NCBI GenBank assembly: GCA_038087875.1
Contig: JAXLNO010000617.1
Location: 1-64,000 of the forward strand
From: Malacoraja senta
Taxonomy: Eukaryota
Length of the DNA stretch: 64,000 nt
Direction of reading: 5' to 3'
Made by a program: the position numbers and the translations under genes. Below the pieces are notes generated by a model. It did no database searches. It saw only the letters and a program-made list of their open reading frames with translations, and was not told where the DNA came from. Shown here piece after piece: positions 12,396 through 24,446 of the stretch (the first letter of the stretch is position 1; each line of letters opens with the position of its first letter).

Positions 12396-13425
12396 AGGAA
12401 CAGCAGACGCCGGTTTACAAAGAGAGACACAATCTCCTGGAGTAACTTGCACATCTGGAGAGCATGGACAGGCAACATTCTAGGTCAGGACCCTTCTTCA
12501 GACTGCTTGGTGTGGGGGGTGGAGAAAGTTGGAAAGGAGAGGAGGGAGTGGTCGCCTTAGATTCCCTTCCTTCTACAGATGCGGCCTGACCTACTGAGTT
12601 CCTCCACTGCTTTAGAGGGAAATGACAGACGACGTTTTGAGTCAGGACCCTTCTTCAGGCTGAGTGGAGAGGGTGGGGGGAGGAATCTGGAAAAGAGAGA
12701 TGGGGGCTGGACAAAGCCTGGCAAGTGACAGGTGGACACAAAAATCTGGAGTAACTCAGCGGGACAGGCAGCATCTCTAGAGAGAAGGAATGGGTGATGT
12801 TTCAGGTTGAGACCCTTCTTCAGAAGTGATAGGTGGATATAGGTGAGGGAGACACAAGATACTGCAGATGCTGGAATCTTGCATAGAACACAATTTAGTT
12901 AGGTGCACAGACTCTCTTGCCCAGAGTGGGGGGATCGAGGACCAGAGGACATGAGTTCAAGGTGAAGGGGAAAAGATTTAAAAGGAAACTGAGGGGTAAC
13001 TTGTTCACACAGAGGGTGGTGGCAGTATGGAACAAACTGTCAGAGGAGGTAGTTGAGGCTGTGACTATCCCAAGAAACAGTTAGACAGTTACATGGATAG
13101 GACAAGTTTGGAAGGATATGGACCAAACACAGGCAGGTGGGTCTAGTGCAGCTGGGACATGTTAGTCGGTGTGGACAATTTGGGCCGAAGGGCCTGTTTC
13201 CACACTGTATCACTCTATGACTAACGCAGAGTGCTGGAGTAACTCAGCGGGTCAGGCAGCATCTGTGGAGAACATGGATAGGTGACATTTCAGAGTGCTG
13301 GAGTAACTCAGCGGGACAGGGAGCATCTCTGGAGACAAGGAATGGGTGATGTTTCAGGTCGACACTGAAGATGGGTCTCGACCCTGAAACGTTACCCATT
13401 CCTCCCAGCATTTTGTGTCTACCTA
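12395..13425. mobile_element. Cluster of Penelope-associated short repeats with an embedded CR1 3' end (~12895-13222)
   Basis: Multiple gctggagtaactcagcgggtcaggcagcatct / gacccttcttcagac motifs; gaggggtaacttgttcacacagagggtggt CR1 tail. Confidence 0.65.
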
Positions 13426-13433
13426 AACAGCCC

Positions 13434-14706
13434 CTATCTATCCACGTGGCGGTGTGCCAGCAGGCTGGAGGAGCGGGCAAAGATCTTGCTGCAGAGCAGG
13501 CAGGTGAAGGGGCGCTGGCCGGTGTGGACTCGTCGGTGCTCCAGCAGGTGGTCAAGGCGGGTGAAACCCTTGCCACACTCAGCGCACACATAAAGTCTCT
13601 CTCCGGTGTGTAACTGCTGGTGCTCCCGCAGCCCCCGTGCTCTCTTGTCGCCGTGGGAGCAGCTGCTCGCTGGCGTGGGTCCGCCGGTGCTGCCGCAACC
13701 CCCGCGAGCTGTCAAACTCCTCACCGCAGTACGGGCAGTCGTAGGGCTGGCCACTGGTGTGCACGCACTGGTGAGACAGGGCGTGGGAGGCCATGGTAAA
13801 GCGCTCTCCACACACCGGGCTGGGGATGGGGCGGTCGCGGGTGTGCACCCGCTGGTGGGACAGCAGTCCGGTGGAGCTGGCGAAGCCCTTGCCGCACTGG
13901 ACGCAGGTGTAGGAGCGCTCGCCGGTGTGGGTGCGCTGGTGCCTCAGCAGGGTGCCGGAGAGGGCGAAACCCTTGCCGCACTGGGCGCAGGTGAAGGGGC
14001 GCTCGCCGGTGTGGGTGCGCTGGTGGGACAGCAGGTGGCTGGAGCAGATGAAGCCCTTGTCGCAGTAGCTGCAGGTGTAGGGACGCTCGCCGGTGTGGGT
14101 GCGCTGGTGGGACAGCAGGTGGCTGGAGCAGATGAAGCCCTTGCCGCAGTAGCTGCAGGTGTAGGGACGCTCGCCGGTGTGGGTGCGCTGGTGGGACCGC
14201 AGGCTGCTGGAGCTGGTGAAACCCTTGCCACACTGGGAGCAGGTGAAGGGGCGCTTACCGGTGTGGGTGCGCTGGTGTGACAGCAGGTGACTGGTCTGGG
14301 TGAAGCCCTTGCCGCACTGGACGCAGGTGTAGGGCCGCTGCCCGGTGTGCACACGCCTGTGCACCTTCAGGTCCAACGACGACTTGAAGCCTTTGCCGCA
14401 GTTGGAGCAGGTGAAGGGCCGCTCACTGCTGTGCACCCGCCGGTGGTTCCTCAGCCCCGACAACTGGGCAAAGTTCTTGCCGCAGGTGCCGCAGCAATAG
14501 GGCTTCTCGCCAGTGTGAACCCGCTGGTGCATCTTCAGCTGTTTCGCCATCTTGAAGCTCTTGTCGCACTCCGAGCCGTCGAAGTTGCGTTCTCCCATGT
14601 GCACCCGCCGGTGGATGTCCAGCCGGCTCGGGCACCGCCAGGCCTTGCCACACACGTCACACTCATAACGCTTCTCCTTGTTGTGCCCCGTCTTGTGGTC
14701 CCCCAT
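13434..14706 (-). CDS. Tandem C2H2 (Kruppel-type) zinc-finger ORF, ~10 intact plus degenerate fingers; last fingers in a shifted frame; no KRAB/SCAN seen
   Basis: ORF 13579-14706 with repeated CxxC...HxxxH and HTGERPF/Y linkers; ORF 13434-13811 carries two further fingers after a frameshift near 13650. Confidence 0.9.
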
Positions 14707-14878
14707 CGAATCTCAGCCCCTCGAAGCTCAGCCCACACCGAGCAGATGGGGGAACGGGGCTCACCGGCACCCTGGCCGCCCTCAATGGGATTGGGACTGA
14801 GGGGTGAATTGACACAAGAGAGACTGTTGAATTGATCAATTAGTTTGTGTGCTTGAGGTTCCCTTCCTCACATTCTTG

Positions 14879-14886
14879 TTACAAAA
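14879..14886 (-). CDS. Gene A putative terminal coding exon (V-L-stop), copy 1
   Basis: ctatttcacatttcacAG|TT TTG TAA in phase 1; identical in the duplicate copy. Confidence 0.4.
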
Positions 14887-14966
14887 CTGTGAAATGTGAA
14901 ATAGGTTGCTTCATCAAATACAACACCTCTACAACTAGAGATTCATTGACTGAGTCATCTATTTAC

Positions 14967-15044
14967 CTTCTTGCTTTGTCTTCCTACTCACAGACATATA
15001 TTCAGTAACACGGCTCATCTCAGGTACTGGGGTCACGTTAATTT
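14967..15044 (-). CDS. Gene A cytoplasmic exon copy 1: EINVTPVPEMSRVTEYMSVSRKTKQE (ITSM TEYMSV)
   Basis: ttattttccAG acceptor, GTAAAT donor, 78 bp phase 1-1, open frame; absent from the ORF track. Confidence 0.8.
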
Positions 15045-15762
15045 CTGGAAAATAAATATTATTTTCTGATTAAGACTTTAATCCGGCTTGATTTTGAAGA
15101 AGCAGCAATCCAGTGTTTAAACTGTACCCCATTAATAATGAGATCCACCAGAATGACCAGGAACATGGCTTCAGATGTATGTCAGAGACATTTAATGGTG
15201 GGATAAGACCATGTGGATAAAATCAGAGTCCATGGAAACACAGTGTTCCCTAAATTATGACCATATTAGAATGGTACACAAGGCAAAGTTTTCACTTTAA
15301 GTTTGAACCACCAAAGTGCAGTGGAGATACCTTGGTCTCCTGGTTTCCTGGCCAATATTCATCCCTCAGTAAATAGGAACATATTAAGGGCAAATTGGAG
15401 ACCATATTTTCTACATGACTACACTAGCTATACTTCAACTTCCGGCATGTTTATTTGATAATGGTTTACACAGGGGATGGTGACACAATCACCACGTGGT
15501 CAGATCATTGCAGAACAGCACCTGAAATCATACAGCAGACTCCTCATGGCAACGCAGGTAGACAGGTAGACAATCCACATTGCATAGATAATGCTTTAAT
15601 TGACCACAAAAAGTCTGAAATCAATTTCTCAACAACATAAGCACAAACAGATACATTTCTTATCCAAAACATATTGTTCTTTTCTCCTTGTAACAAAGAT
15701 AACATTGTCATTGCTAATTTGGGGAATCTGTGCTGCATTAAGGATGTCATCATGTACTTTAC

Positions 15763-15870
15763 CTGTAGGCTTGCGCTTTCTTTGACACCACACCACTGCC
15801 AGTACAATGACGATGAGAAGAGCCAGACTCCCGATAATTCCAACAATGATGTATCCAAAATGGTGATTCT
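15763..15870 (-). CDS. Gene A transmembrane exon copy 1: NHHFGYIIVGIIGSLALLIVIVLAVVWCQRKRKPT
   Basis: attttgacAG acceptor, GTAAAG donor, 108 bp; hydrophobic stretch, juxtamembrane Cys and basic stop-transfer. Confidence 0.88.
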
Positions 15871-16100
15871 CTGTCAAAATAATTAACACAGAGTTCACAT
15901 TTGTAGAATAAATGGACATCATTCAAAAGCTCCCCCAAAGACCAGGCATTAACCACACTGACTAATTTAGATCAGAAGTCTTAAGTTTGACTTGTGATCC
16001 AGATTCACTGAGACACAAGGTACTGCAGATGAGAGTTTACCAATAAAAGACAAAAAGTGTTGGAGAAACTCAGCAGGTTAGGCAGGAGACATTTCAGGTC

Positions 16101-16515
16101 ATAGAAACATAGAAACATAGAAAATAGGTGCAGGAGTAGGCCATTCGATCCTTCGAGCCTGCACCGCCATTCAATATGATCATGGCTGATCATCCAACTC
16201 AGTATCCTGTACCTGCCTTCTCTCCATACCCCCTGATCCCGATAATTCGGGATAATTCGTGGGCAAGAGGATGGGGACTGGACTTTGTGCCTTCCCCCAG
16301 TTTTGGTGTTGAACTACTTTTTAATGCTATGTTGTATTTTATTTGTGTGCTGCAAGGACATCTGAATTTCCCCTGAATAAGGGGATTAATAAAGTCTAAT
16401 TCATTTCAATTCAATCCCTTTAGCCACAAGCGCCACATCTAACTCCCTCTTAAATATAGCCAATGAACTGGCCTCAACTACCTTCTGTGGCAGGGAGTTC
16501 CAGAGATTCACCACC
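16101..16515 (-). mobile_element. CR1 3' tail fragments
   Basis: (CATAGAAA)n tail; RVVNLWNSLPQKVVEASSLAIFKRELD. Confidence 0.75.
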
Positions 16516-17101
16516 CGGAGGACATGTATAGGTGAAGTTTCGGGTCGTGACCCTTCTTCAGACTCAAAACAAGGGTCTCGATCTGAAACATCACCTATCC
16601 ACCATCTATTAATGATGCTCAAACCATTCTGAAATGTTGTTGTTATTTTCACTTTAGAATAAAATTTGAACTAGTGGCAAAGTGAATTGGAGGCATTTAA
16701 TGCTAGATGATATTTTGTGAAAGGGATGGTGACTTTTGAAAGGGCAAGTGTTGTCCATTCTTTAGAGAGCCACTAACCAAGCTGTTAATCAGGATCAACA
16801 ATAAATTAGGAGTGTGAATATGTTGTTCATGGTGATGTTTAACATTCATGGGTTGACCATGATAGTCCAGTGAAAATTAGTCAATTGACCAATGCAGAGT
16901 AAGACCTGCAGTTGGATGGGGAAGATTGGGACTGAGGGGTGAATTGACACAAGAGAGACTGTTGAATTGATCAATTAGTTTGTGTGCTTGAGGTTCCCTT
17001 CCTCACATTCTTGTTACAAAACTGTGAAATGTGAAATAGGTTGCTTCATCAAATACAACACCTCTACAACTAGAGATTCATTGACTGAGTCATCTATTTA
17101 C

Positions 17102-17179
17102 CTTCTTGCTTTGTCTTCCCACTCACGGAAATATATTCAGTAACACGGCTCATCTCAGGTACTGGGGTCACGTTAATTT
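17102..17179 (-). CDS. Gene A cytoplasmic exon copy 2 (ITSM TEYISV)
   Basis: AG/GT intact, 78 bp, EINVTPVPEMSRVTEYISVSGKTKQE. Confidence 0.75.
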
Positions 17180-17890
17180 CTGGAAAATTAAATATTATTT
17201 TCTGATTAAGACTTTAATCCGGCTTGATTTTAAAGAAGCAGCAATCCAGTGTTTAAACTGTACCCCATTAATAATGAGATCCACCAGAATGACCAGCAAC
17301 ATGGCTTCAGATGTACGTCAGAGACATTTAATGGTGGGATAAGACCATGTGGATAAAATCAGAGTCCATGGAATCACAGTGTTCCCTAAATTATGACCAT
17401 ATTAGGATGGTACACAAGGCAAAGTTTTCACTTTAAGTTTGAACCACCAAAGTGCAGTGGAGATACCTTGGTTTCCTGGCCAATATTCATCCCTCAGTAA
17501 ATAGGAACATATTAAGGGCAAATTGGAGACCATATTTTCTACATGACCATACTAGCTACACTTCAACTTCTGGCATGTTTATTTGATAATGGTTTACACA
17601 GGGGATGGTGACACAATCACCACGTGGTCAGATCATTGCAGAACAGCACCTGAAATCATACAGCAGACTCCTCATGGCAACGCAGGTAGACAGGTAGACA
17701 ATCCACATTGCATAAATAATGCTTTAATTGACCACAAAAAGTCTGAAATCAATTTCTCAACAACATAAGCACAAACAGATACTTTTCTTATCCAAAACAT
17801 ATTGTTCTTTTCTCCTTGTAACAAAGATAACGTTGTCATTGATAATTTGGGGAATCTGTGCTGCATTAAGGATGTCTTCGTGTACTTTAC

Positions 17891-17998
17891 CTGTAGGCTT
17901 GCGCTTTCCTTGACACCACACCACTGCCAGTATAATGACGATGAGAACAGCCAAACCTCCGATAATTACAACAAATCTGATTATAAAAGTATAATTCC
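17891..17998 (-). pseudogene. Gene A transmembrane exon copy 2 with non-canonical TG acceptor
   Basis: NYTFIIRFVVIIGGLAVLIVIILAVVWCQGKRKPT; acceptor reads attttgacTG versus attttgacAG in copy 1. Confidence 0.75.
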
Positions 17999-19289
17999 CA
18001 GTCAAAATAATAAACACAGAGTTCACATTTGTAGAATAAATGGCATCATTCAAAAGCACCCCCAAAGACCAGGCATTAACCACACTGACTAATTTAGATC
18101 AGAAGTCTTAAGTTTAACTTGTGATCCAGATTCACTGAGACACAAGGTACTGCAGATGAGAGTATACCAATAAAAGACACAAAGTGTTGGAGAAACTCAG
18201 CAGGTTAGGCAGGTGACATTTCGGGTCGCAGACCTTTAGTCTGAAGTAGGGTCCCGACCCAAAACCTCACCTACCCATGTTCTCCAGAGATTCCGCCTGA
18301 CCCGTTGAGTTACTCCAGCACATTGTGTCTTTTTTCCAGATTAATTGACCTTACACAGAAAGATCAGAGAGCCACAACTTGACTCAGTAGCCATCAGTTA
18401 TAGACTGTAAACATTCTCACAAGTTTCCATTTCTTGGTTACAATCAGCTGACTTCCTCAGGCAGGAGATGGGAGCTGATGGTTGGTTGATAAAGTAGCTG
18501 ATTCAGCTGTGATACTTCCCACTGTACAGTGGACAAATGTCTATCATAGTCTAAGCCTGGAACAATGGTTGAATGAGCACTGCTGACAACAAAGTGGATA
18601 TTGCCCTCCAGCTTCAATCCTCTCTAACCAGGAGCACAAGAACTGTAAAGGCTACAAATACTCAGCCGTTTGAGCAGCATCCGTGGAAAGGGAAAGAAGT
18701 GAGTTCATGTTTTATGATGGAAAAAACGTCAGATTCAAAGAAAGGATCTTTGACAATAGACAATAGGTGCAGGAGTAGGCCATTCATCCCCTCGAGCGAG
18801 CTCCACCATTTAATGCGATCATGGCTGGACTTGTTCCTCTTTCACAGTTCCTATCTGTCCTGCTGATTATTATTATTATTATTTTTAATTCGGATTTTCA
18901 ACTCCTAAAATTAATTTTGCTCTTCAAGTATTAAACTGTACTGTGCATGTAACCATTGCCTACTGATGTCAATGAGGTTGAACACATTATTATCGCAATC
19001 CTAATGAGCACATCTTCATGTGTTTTAAGTGTAAAATTGGAGATGGTTGATCCATGCATTAATTCCACACACCAACTAATCTATTCACTCGCTGATTGAT
19101 ATCTCCTGCCCTTTAAGGACAGCTCAACACCTAAAAGCATCAGTCTGCAATGAGGCCAAAGGATGGAGAGGCTGGTGTGCGCGACCCTTGTAAAATAAAG
19201 TTGAACTTCAGTTCTGCTCCATAGCGAGACTGTGCTAGATGAGCGTACATGGGGAGGCATCTGCTCAGCCGGGAACACAGATTTCTACG

Positions 19290-19523
19290 TACAGCTGTCT
19301 GTACGGAGTTTGTACTTTCACCCCGGGACCTGCATGGGTTTTCTCCGAGATCTTCTGTTTCCTTCCACACTCCAAAGACGTACAGGTTTGTAGGTTAATT
19401 GGCTTTGTAAATGTAAAAATTGTCCCTAGTGGGTGTAGGATAGTGTTAATATGCGGGGATCGCTGGTTGGCGTGGACCCGGTGGGCCAAAGGGCCTGTTT
19501 CCGCGCTGTATCTCTAAACTAAA
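19290..19523 (+). mobile_element. HE1-like SINE, 5'-truncated
   Basis: Matches the body and 3' end of the SINE at 7508. Confidence 0.75.
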
Positions 19524-20294
19524 CAGTAAACATGGTAGGTATAATTGAGATTCTTTTTATGGCTGTTCTCTGTCCAGTTATTACCATGGCACACTGAAGA
19601 GAGAGTTTGAAGACAAGAGTCAATAATGCTCTTTCATCACATCAATGGCATCATTGTTCATTTATGCATCATTTATTCAGTCTGAACAGAATGGATTGTG
19701 GAAGGATGCTCCCTTCAGTCGAAAGGCTGAGCACAAGAAGTTATAGGTTTAAAATAAAGGGGGGAACATTTTAGAATGACTTGAGGAAAATCTTTTTGGG
19801 GAGCAGGTAGTTGGAGTCTGAAGTGTACTGTCTGCATCAGTTGGGGAGCTGGATTTTATCGTGGCTTTCCAGAGAGAATTGGACAAATATATAGTGATGA
19901 AAAAGCTGCAATGTAATGGCAAAAGGAGAGGGGTTGAATTAGCGAGTTGCACTGGATGAGAGTTAGCATGGATATGATGGGTCAAATGGCCACCTTCTGC
20001 GCTACAACCATTCCACAATTCTATGATTGGATGATGTGATTATCTGTGAGGAATTAAAGTGTTCCTGTTGGGACATTGATACTTTCTACTTAGTGCTTCA
20101 CTGACTCTTCATTGATCTATGTGTGGTGGAGATTGTTTCTTTGTGCCTGGGTGTTTACAGGATCTTCCTCTGTTAGGGATCAATGCTTTGCCTTCTGTCA
20201 GCATTGTAAAAAATGTCTTTCACCGAAGCATGGGGCCACATGAAGGGCAGGGATTAATGGATGGGTGGGATTGGGAGGAAAGGGCGTGTTTAGA

Positions 20295-20592
20295 ATAGTT
20301 TAGAGATACAGCGCGGAAACAGGCCCTTCTGCTCGCCGAGTCCACACCAACCAGCGATTCCCACTGACTAACATTATACTACACACACCAGGGACAACAT
20401 ACAATTAAATCAAGCATATTAACATACAGACTTGTACATCTTTGGAATTTGGGAGAAAACCGGAAATCCTGGAGAAAACCCACGCAGGGCACGGGATGAA
20501 GGTACAAACTCCATACAGACAGCACCTGTAGTCAGGATTGAACCCGTGTCCCTGGCGCTGTAAGGCAGCAACCCTACCACTGAGCCATCATG
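20295..20592 (-). mobile_element. HE1-like SINE
   Basis: Reverse complement of the SINE at 7508, including the tRNA-like head. Confidence 0.75.
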
Positions 20593-21208
20593 GTCAGACA
20601 AGGTGAAGACATCAGTATTCCCTCCCCCACATCTTCTGTTCTCAGATGGCAGCCTTTGATGAAGTTACTGTGGATGCTTCAACCGCTGTAATGTTTTACA
20701 GCATCAGAACAGGGGAAAGAAACTTGTACAACTATTTTTAAGATGATTTTCACTACTTTTGTGATCTTTAAGGTGAACAGTTTGGGTGTTATGGCAAAGA
20801 TCTTCCACCAAGCTGCCCACCTTACTATACTGACCTCTGACAAAAAGGTTCACAGTGACACACTGGTTTTCATACTAATGGACCGGTTTTCATACCTGTG
20901 CAGACACTTATCAACAAGGACAGACATTGATGATGAAATTCCCGATCACCTTCAATGAGATGGCCAACACAGGTCTTGGTCAGTGGTCTGCCAGCAGTAG
21001 TGATCCATGTGCTCCCATGTGCTTCAGAGACCTGGACTACTTACAATAGAAGTGACCTTATAGGCATGGACAAGAGGTTTGAAGGAAATGTCTATGATTG
21101 AGCTCTACTTGCAGTAAGACATGGAATGTTAAAAGTTATCCAAAAAGAATAGCAACGTGCCAAGAACTCTGTGTCGAGATAATGAAGAGCAGAAGCTAAG
21201 AAACTTAC

Positions 21209-21478
21209 TGTTCACCTGCAGATTATATAGAATGAAAACCTTGGCTGTGCTTTGTTGAAACAAACCACATGTCCATTTCCTTCTTACTCCATCAGCTATT
21301 GCAATAATCAGCTGCAAAGAATTGTCCTCCTGCTTTGTTTGCATGAGATTTTTCTCCTCTACAACTTTGCCTTCATCATTGATCCAAACCAGTCGCATTG
21401 ACTCAGTGACATGAGACACAGAGCAGGTCAGGCTAATCTTTCTTCCCTCAGTCACTGCGCCAGATGGTTCAGTTGTGA
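21209..21478 (-). CDS. Gene A exon D8, C2-type Ig with WxC (RKWTCGLF)
   Basis: VTTEPSGAVTEGRKISLTCSVSHVTESMRLVWIN...; AG/GT, 270 bp, phase 1-1. Confidence 0.9.
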
Positions 21479-22284
21479 CTGTGGCAAGAAGAAAATCGTA
21501 AAACAATGAATTTTGTCTGGATTGTGTTATATTTTTCTCAGTACTTTGACACCAGTATCTGGCGTTCTAAGTGTGGAAAATTATATTACACAACAAGAGT
21601 TAGAGGCATAGTCATACAGAATGAAACAATTCGGTCCATTCAGCCCAACTCATCCATGACGACCAAGATGCTCCATCTAAAATATGTTCCCACATTTGGC
21701 CATATCCCTCTGCACCTTTCCCATCCATGTAACTCTCCAAGTGTCTTTTCCATAATCATTCACAACAGTTTTGAACTAATTATACAAAGAGCAACCAATG
21801 CCCACATCGTTGTCTCTGGCCATCGTTTTGGCCACAACACTCATCCAGGTAAATATTAATCGATACATTCCACAAAATACACTCAGTTTTAAGTCTCCAG
21901 TGAGTCTTCAAAAATTAGGATGGGTCGTTTGGGGTCAAAGAAACTTGGGGAATGTGTTAAGAGAAGTTGAATGATTTTAAAATATTTTCGATAGAAGCTC
22001 ATTTGCACCTTTGTGAATCACATTTCATCATATTCCCTCTCTTATGTATAAAACAATGTGTTTTCAGCAAAATAAATGAAAATAACATTTGATGTGCTTC
22101 CCAATAATGTTGGTTTAGGGCAGATTTTGGGTTCAGCAAAATACAAATAAGTTGAAGAGGAAGCTCTGGAGGTAAAATAATTCTTCAAACTTGGGAATTT
22201 CTGCTGACATTGCAGTCTGTACTCAGATTAGAAACTCTACACCAGTAACTTAATTCTTGAAAGTAGTAACATCCAGTCTCCTAC

Positions 22285-22623
22285 CTGTAACTGTGATTAG
22301 GTCAATGGTCACATATATATTTGATCCCGTGGAACATGTGTAAACTCCAGCATCTGCAAACTGCACGCGGACAATCCTCACATGGAAATTCTTGCCATTC
22401 ACATTTCCCTCTGTGGTTTCCAGTCGATTCCCAAAGTAGCTCCTGTCGAAATGTATCGGCTCAGAGGTGTGAGAAGAAGCTATTTTCTTCTCTTGATTCT
22501 GGAAACGTGGTGATCTCCAAGTCCATTTGGTTTCACTGAGCTCAGGAGAAGCTTCACAAATCAAGTCGAGTTCACTGTGATCTGTGACTGAGCGATAAAC
22601 TGCGTACGTCTTGTTATGTAAAC
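22285..22623 (-). CDS. Gene A exon D7, V-type Ig
   Basis: LHNKTYAVYRSVTDHSELDLICEASPELSETKWTW...FADAGVYTCSTG; AG/GT, 339 bp. Confidence 0.9.
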
Positions 22624-22727
22624 CTGCAAGAGAGGGACAGGGAACAAAGAATTAGATTTCCACACACGCCGAGATACAATGTTGTGAGTTTCCACAGGGA
22701 CAAACCCCCGGCTCTGGGATGTCAGCT

Positions 22728-23120
22728 GGGACCCTGGTTCTGGACTCGCCCAACCTGGGGAACATTTTTCCTGCATCTAGCCTGCCCAATCCCTTAATAA
22801 TTGTATACGTTTCTATAAGATCCCCTCTCATCCTAAATTTCAGTGAATATAAACCCAGTCGATCCATTCTTTCATCATATGTCAGTCCGCCATTCCAGGA
22901 ATTAACCTGGTGAACCTATGCTGCACTCCCTCGATAGCAAGAATGTCCTTCCTCAAACTAGGAGACCAAAACTGCACACAATACTCCAGGTGTGGTCTCA
23001 CCAGGGCCCCGTACAACTGCAGTAGGATCTCTTTGCTCCTATACTCAAATCATCTCGCTATGAAGGCCAACATGCCATTTGCTTTCTCCATTGCCTGCTG
23101 TACATGCATGCTTACTTCAG
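22728..23120 (-). mobile_element. CR1 LINE fragment
   Basis: DRLGLYSLKFRMRGDLIETYTIIKG. Confidence 0.85.
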
Positions 23121-23149
23121 CACGATGTCCAAGTCACCCTAATCATAAA

Positions 23150-23722
23150 GCTGGTGTCCTGTTGACATCGCAACAACCTGAGGCTCAGTGCTCTTAAGAC
23201 AGTGGAATTGATTGTAGACTCAATCCTCCCCTCCTGATTGTAGAGCTCCCCCTCCCCTCCCCCCACTCATCTTCGACAATACCACTGTCACAACTGTGGA
23301 GTCATTTAATTTCTTCGGAATCATCATCTCCAAGCACCTTAAATGGGAGGCCACCATCGACTCCACAGTCAAAAAGTCCCAACAGAGGATGTACTTCCTG
23401 CGGCAGCTGAGGAAACACAATCTGCCACAGGCAATGATAGTCCAATTTTACACTACCATCATAGAGTCTGTCCTCGCCTTCTCCATCATGGTCTGGTTTG
23501 GCTCAGCCACCAAGCACGACACCTGGAGGCTGCAGCAAATCGACCAAAAGTCGGTAGCCTCTTTTTACTCCGGTACTTTATTTTCACATGTTTAAATTAT
23601 AATGTTTTATTTTTAATTGTCTGTTGTATATCGTGTTTTTACCACATGCGAGCAAAGCACTGTCAAATTCCTTGTGTATGATTACGTGGCCAATAAAATG
23701 TGATTCTGATTCTGATTCTGAT
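23150..23722 (+). mobile_element. Rex1/Babar-like LINE 3' fragment with (GATTCT)n tail
   Basis: VESFNFFGIIISKHLKW...KKSQQRMYFLRQLRK...IESVLAFSIMVWFG. Confidence 0.8.
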
Positions 23723-24042
23723 ATTTCCTCTGCATTTATACTTGAATTAGTTCATATTTTCCTGTTCTGTTATACACTGAAAACTAGATGTTATTTCCAT
23801 CACTGGATATTATTCTCTTTGATTCATGCAGGTGAACTGAAATGAATCCCTTGGTTCTCCTGTGTTGCTCCATCAATCTTAGTGCCACCATTTTATATTT
23901 ACACCATGTCCCAGGGTAAAGGCAATGTCCACATCTGCAGTGTGGAAGCCCACGGGTGGAGTCAGTGCTCACTATACAACATGTGGAACAGTTTGATATC
24001 AAGAACTATTTAATACCTGCTGCAAGGCAGCTTTGGACTCAC

Positions 24043-24315
24043 CCTGATCCACTTCAACATTGGTGTCTCCACTGAGAACAATGGAGGTATTTTCCTGCAC
24101 TTCCCATGTGTACAGATTGGGATTTCCTGCTCCAATGTGTTGGATCATCAGATAGACGGCGTTATTCAGACGGATCTGATCAGTGTTTTTCCTCCTGTTC
24201 TGCTGAGATGAGCCTCTTGGTTTCCAGTGAAGGCTGGTGGTGTCTGGGAGTCTGGAGATGGTACAGCTGAGGGTGATGTCACTGCCCATTACTGGCCTCG
24301 GTGAGTCGGCCTCAA
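24043..24315 (-). CDS. Gene A exon D6, C2-type Ig (paralogue of D2; F-strand Cys replaced by Trp)
   Basis: VEADSPRPVMGSDITLSCTISRLPDTTSLHWKP...LYTWEVQEN; AG/GT, 273 bp. Confidence 0.88.
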
Positions 24316-24446
24316 CTGTGGAAACAGACACATGTGGTTCAGTTCACCAACAGCTTTCTGAACTACTGTGGGCAGAATTGTCTTTTTCCTGCAGACAGAC
24401 AGTCGGCTGAATGTTGAGCTGCCGTGCTCAGTGATGTCATGAACAT

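Larger units (their letters stand above)
14789..18227. repeat. ~1.3 kb tandem segmental duplication (14789-16100 vs 16924-18227) containing TM and cytoplasmic exons
   Basis: Near-identical sequence starting gattgggactgaggggtgaattgacacaag; duplicate ORFs in the track. Confidence 0.95.

Noticed and set aside
14707..14800. Ig-TM-zinc-finger fusion through simple read-through or the stronger acceptor (cccctcAG near 14797)
   Set aside because: Two in-frame TGAs lie just upstream of the ZNF ATG, and phase-1 splicing to that acceptor enters a non-ZNF frame that stops after ~44 codons
13606..14835. Plus-strand ORFs over the ZNF
   Set aside because: Antisense shadows of GC-rich zinc-finger codons
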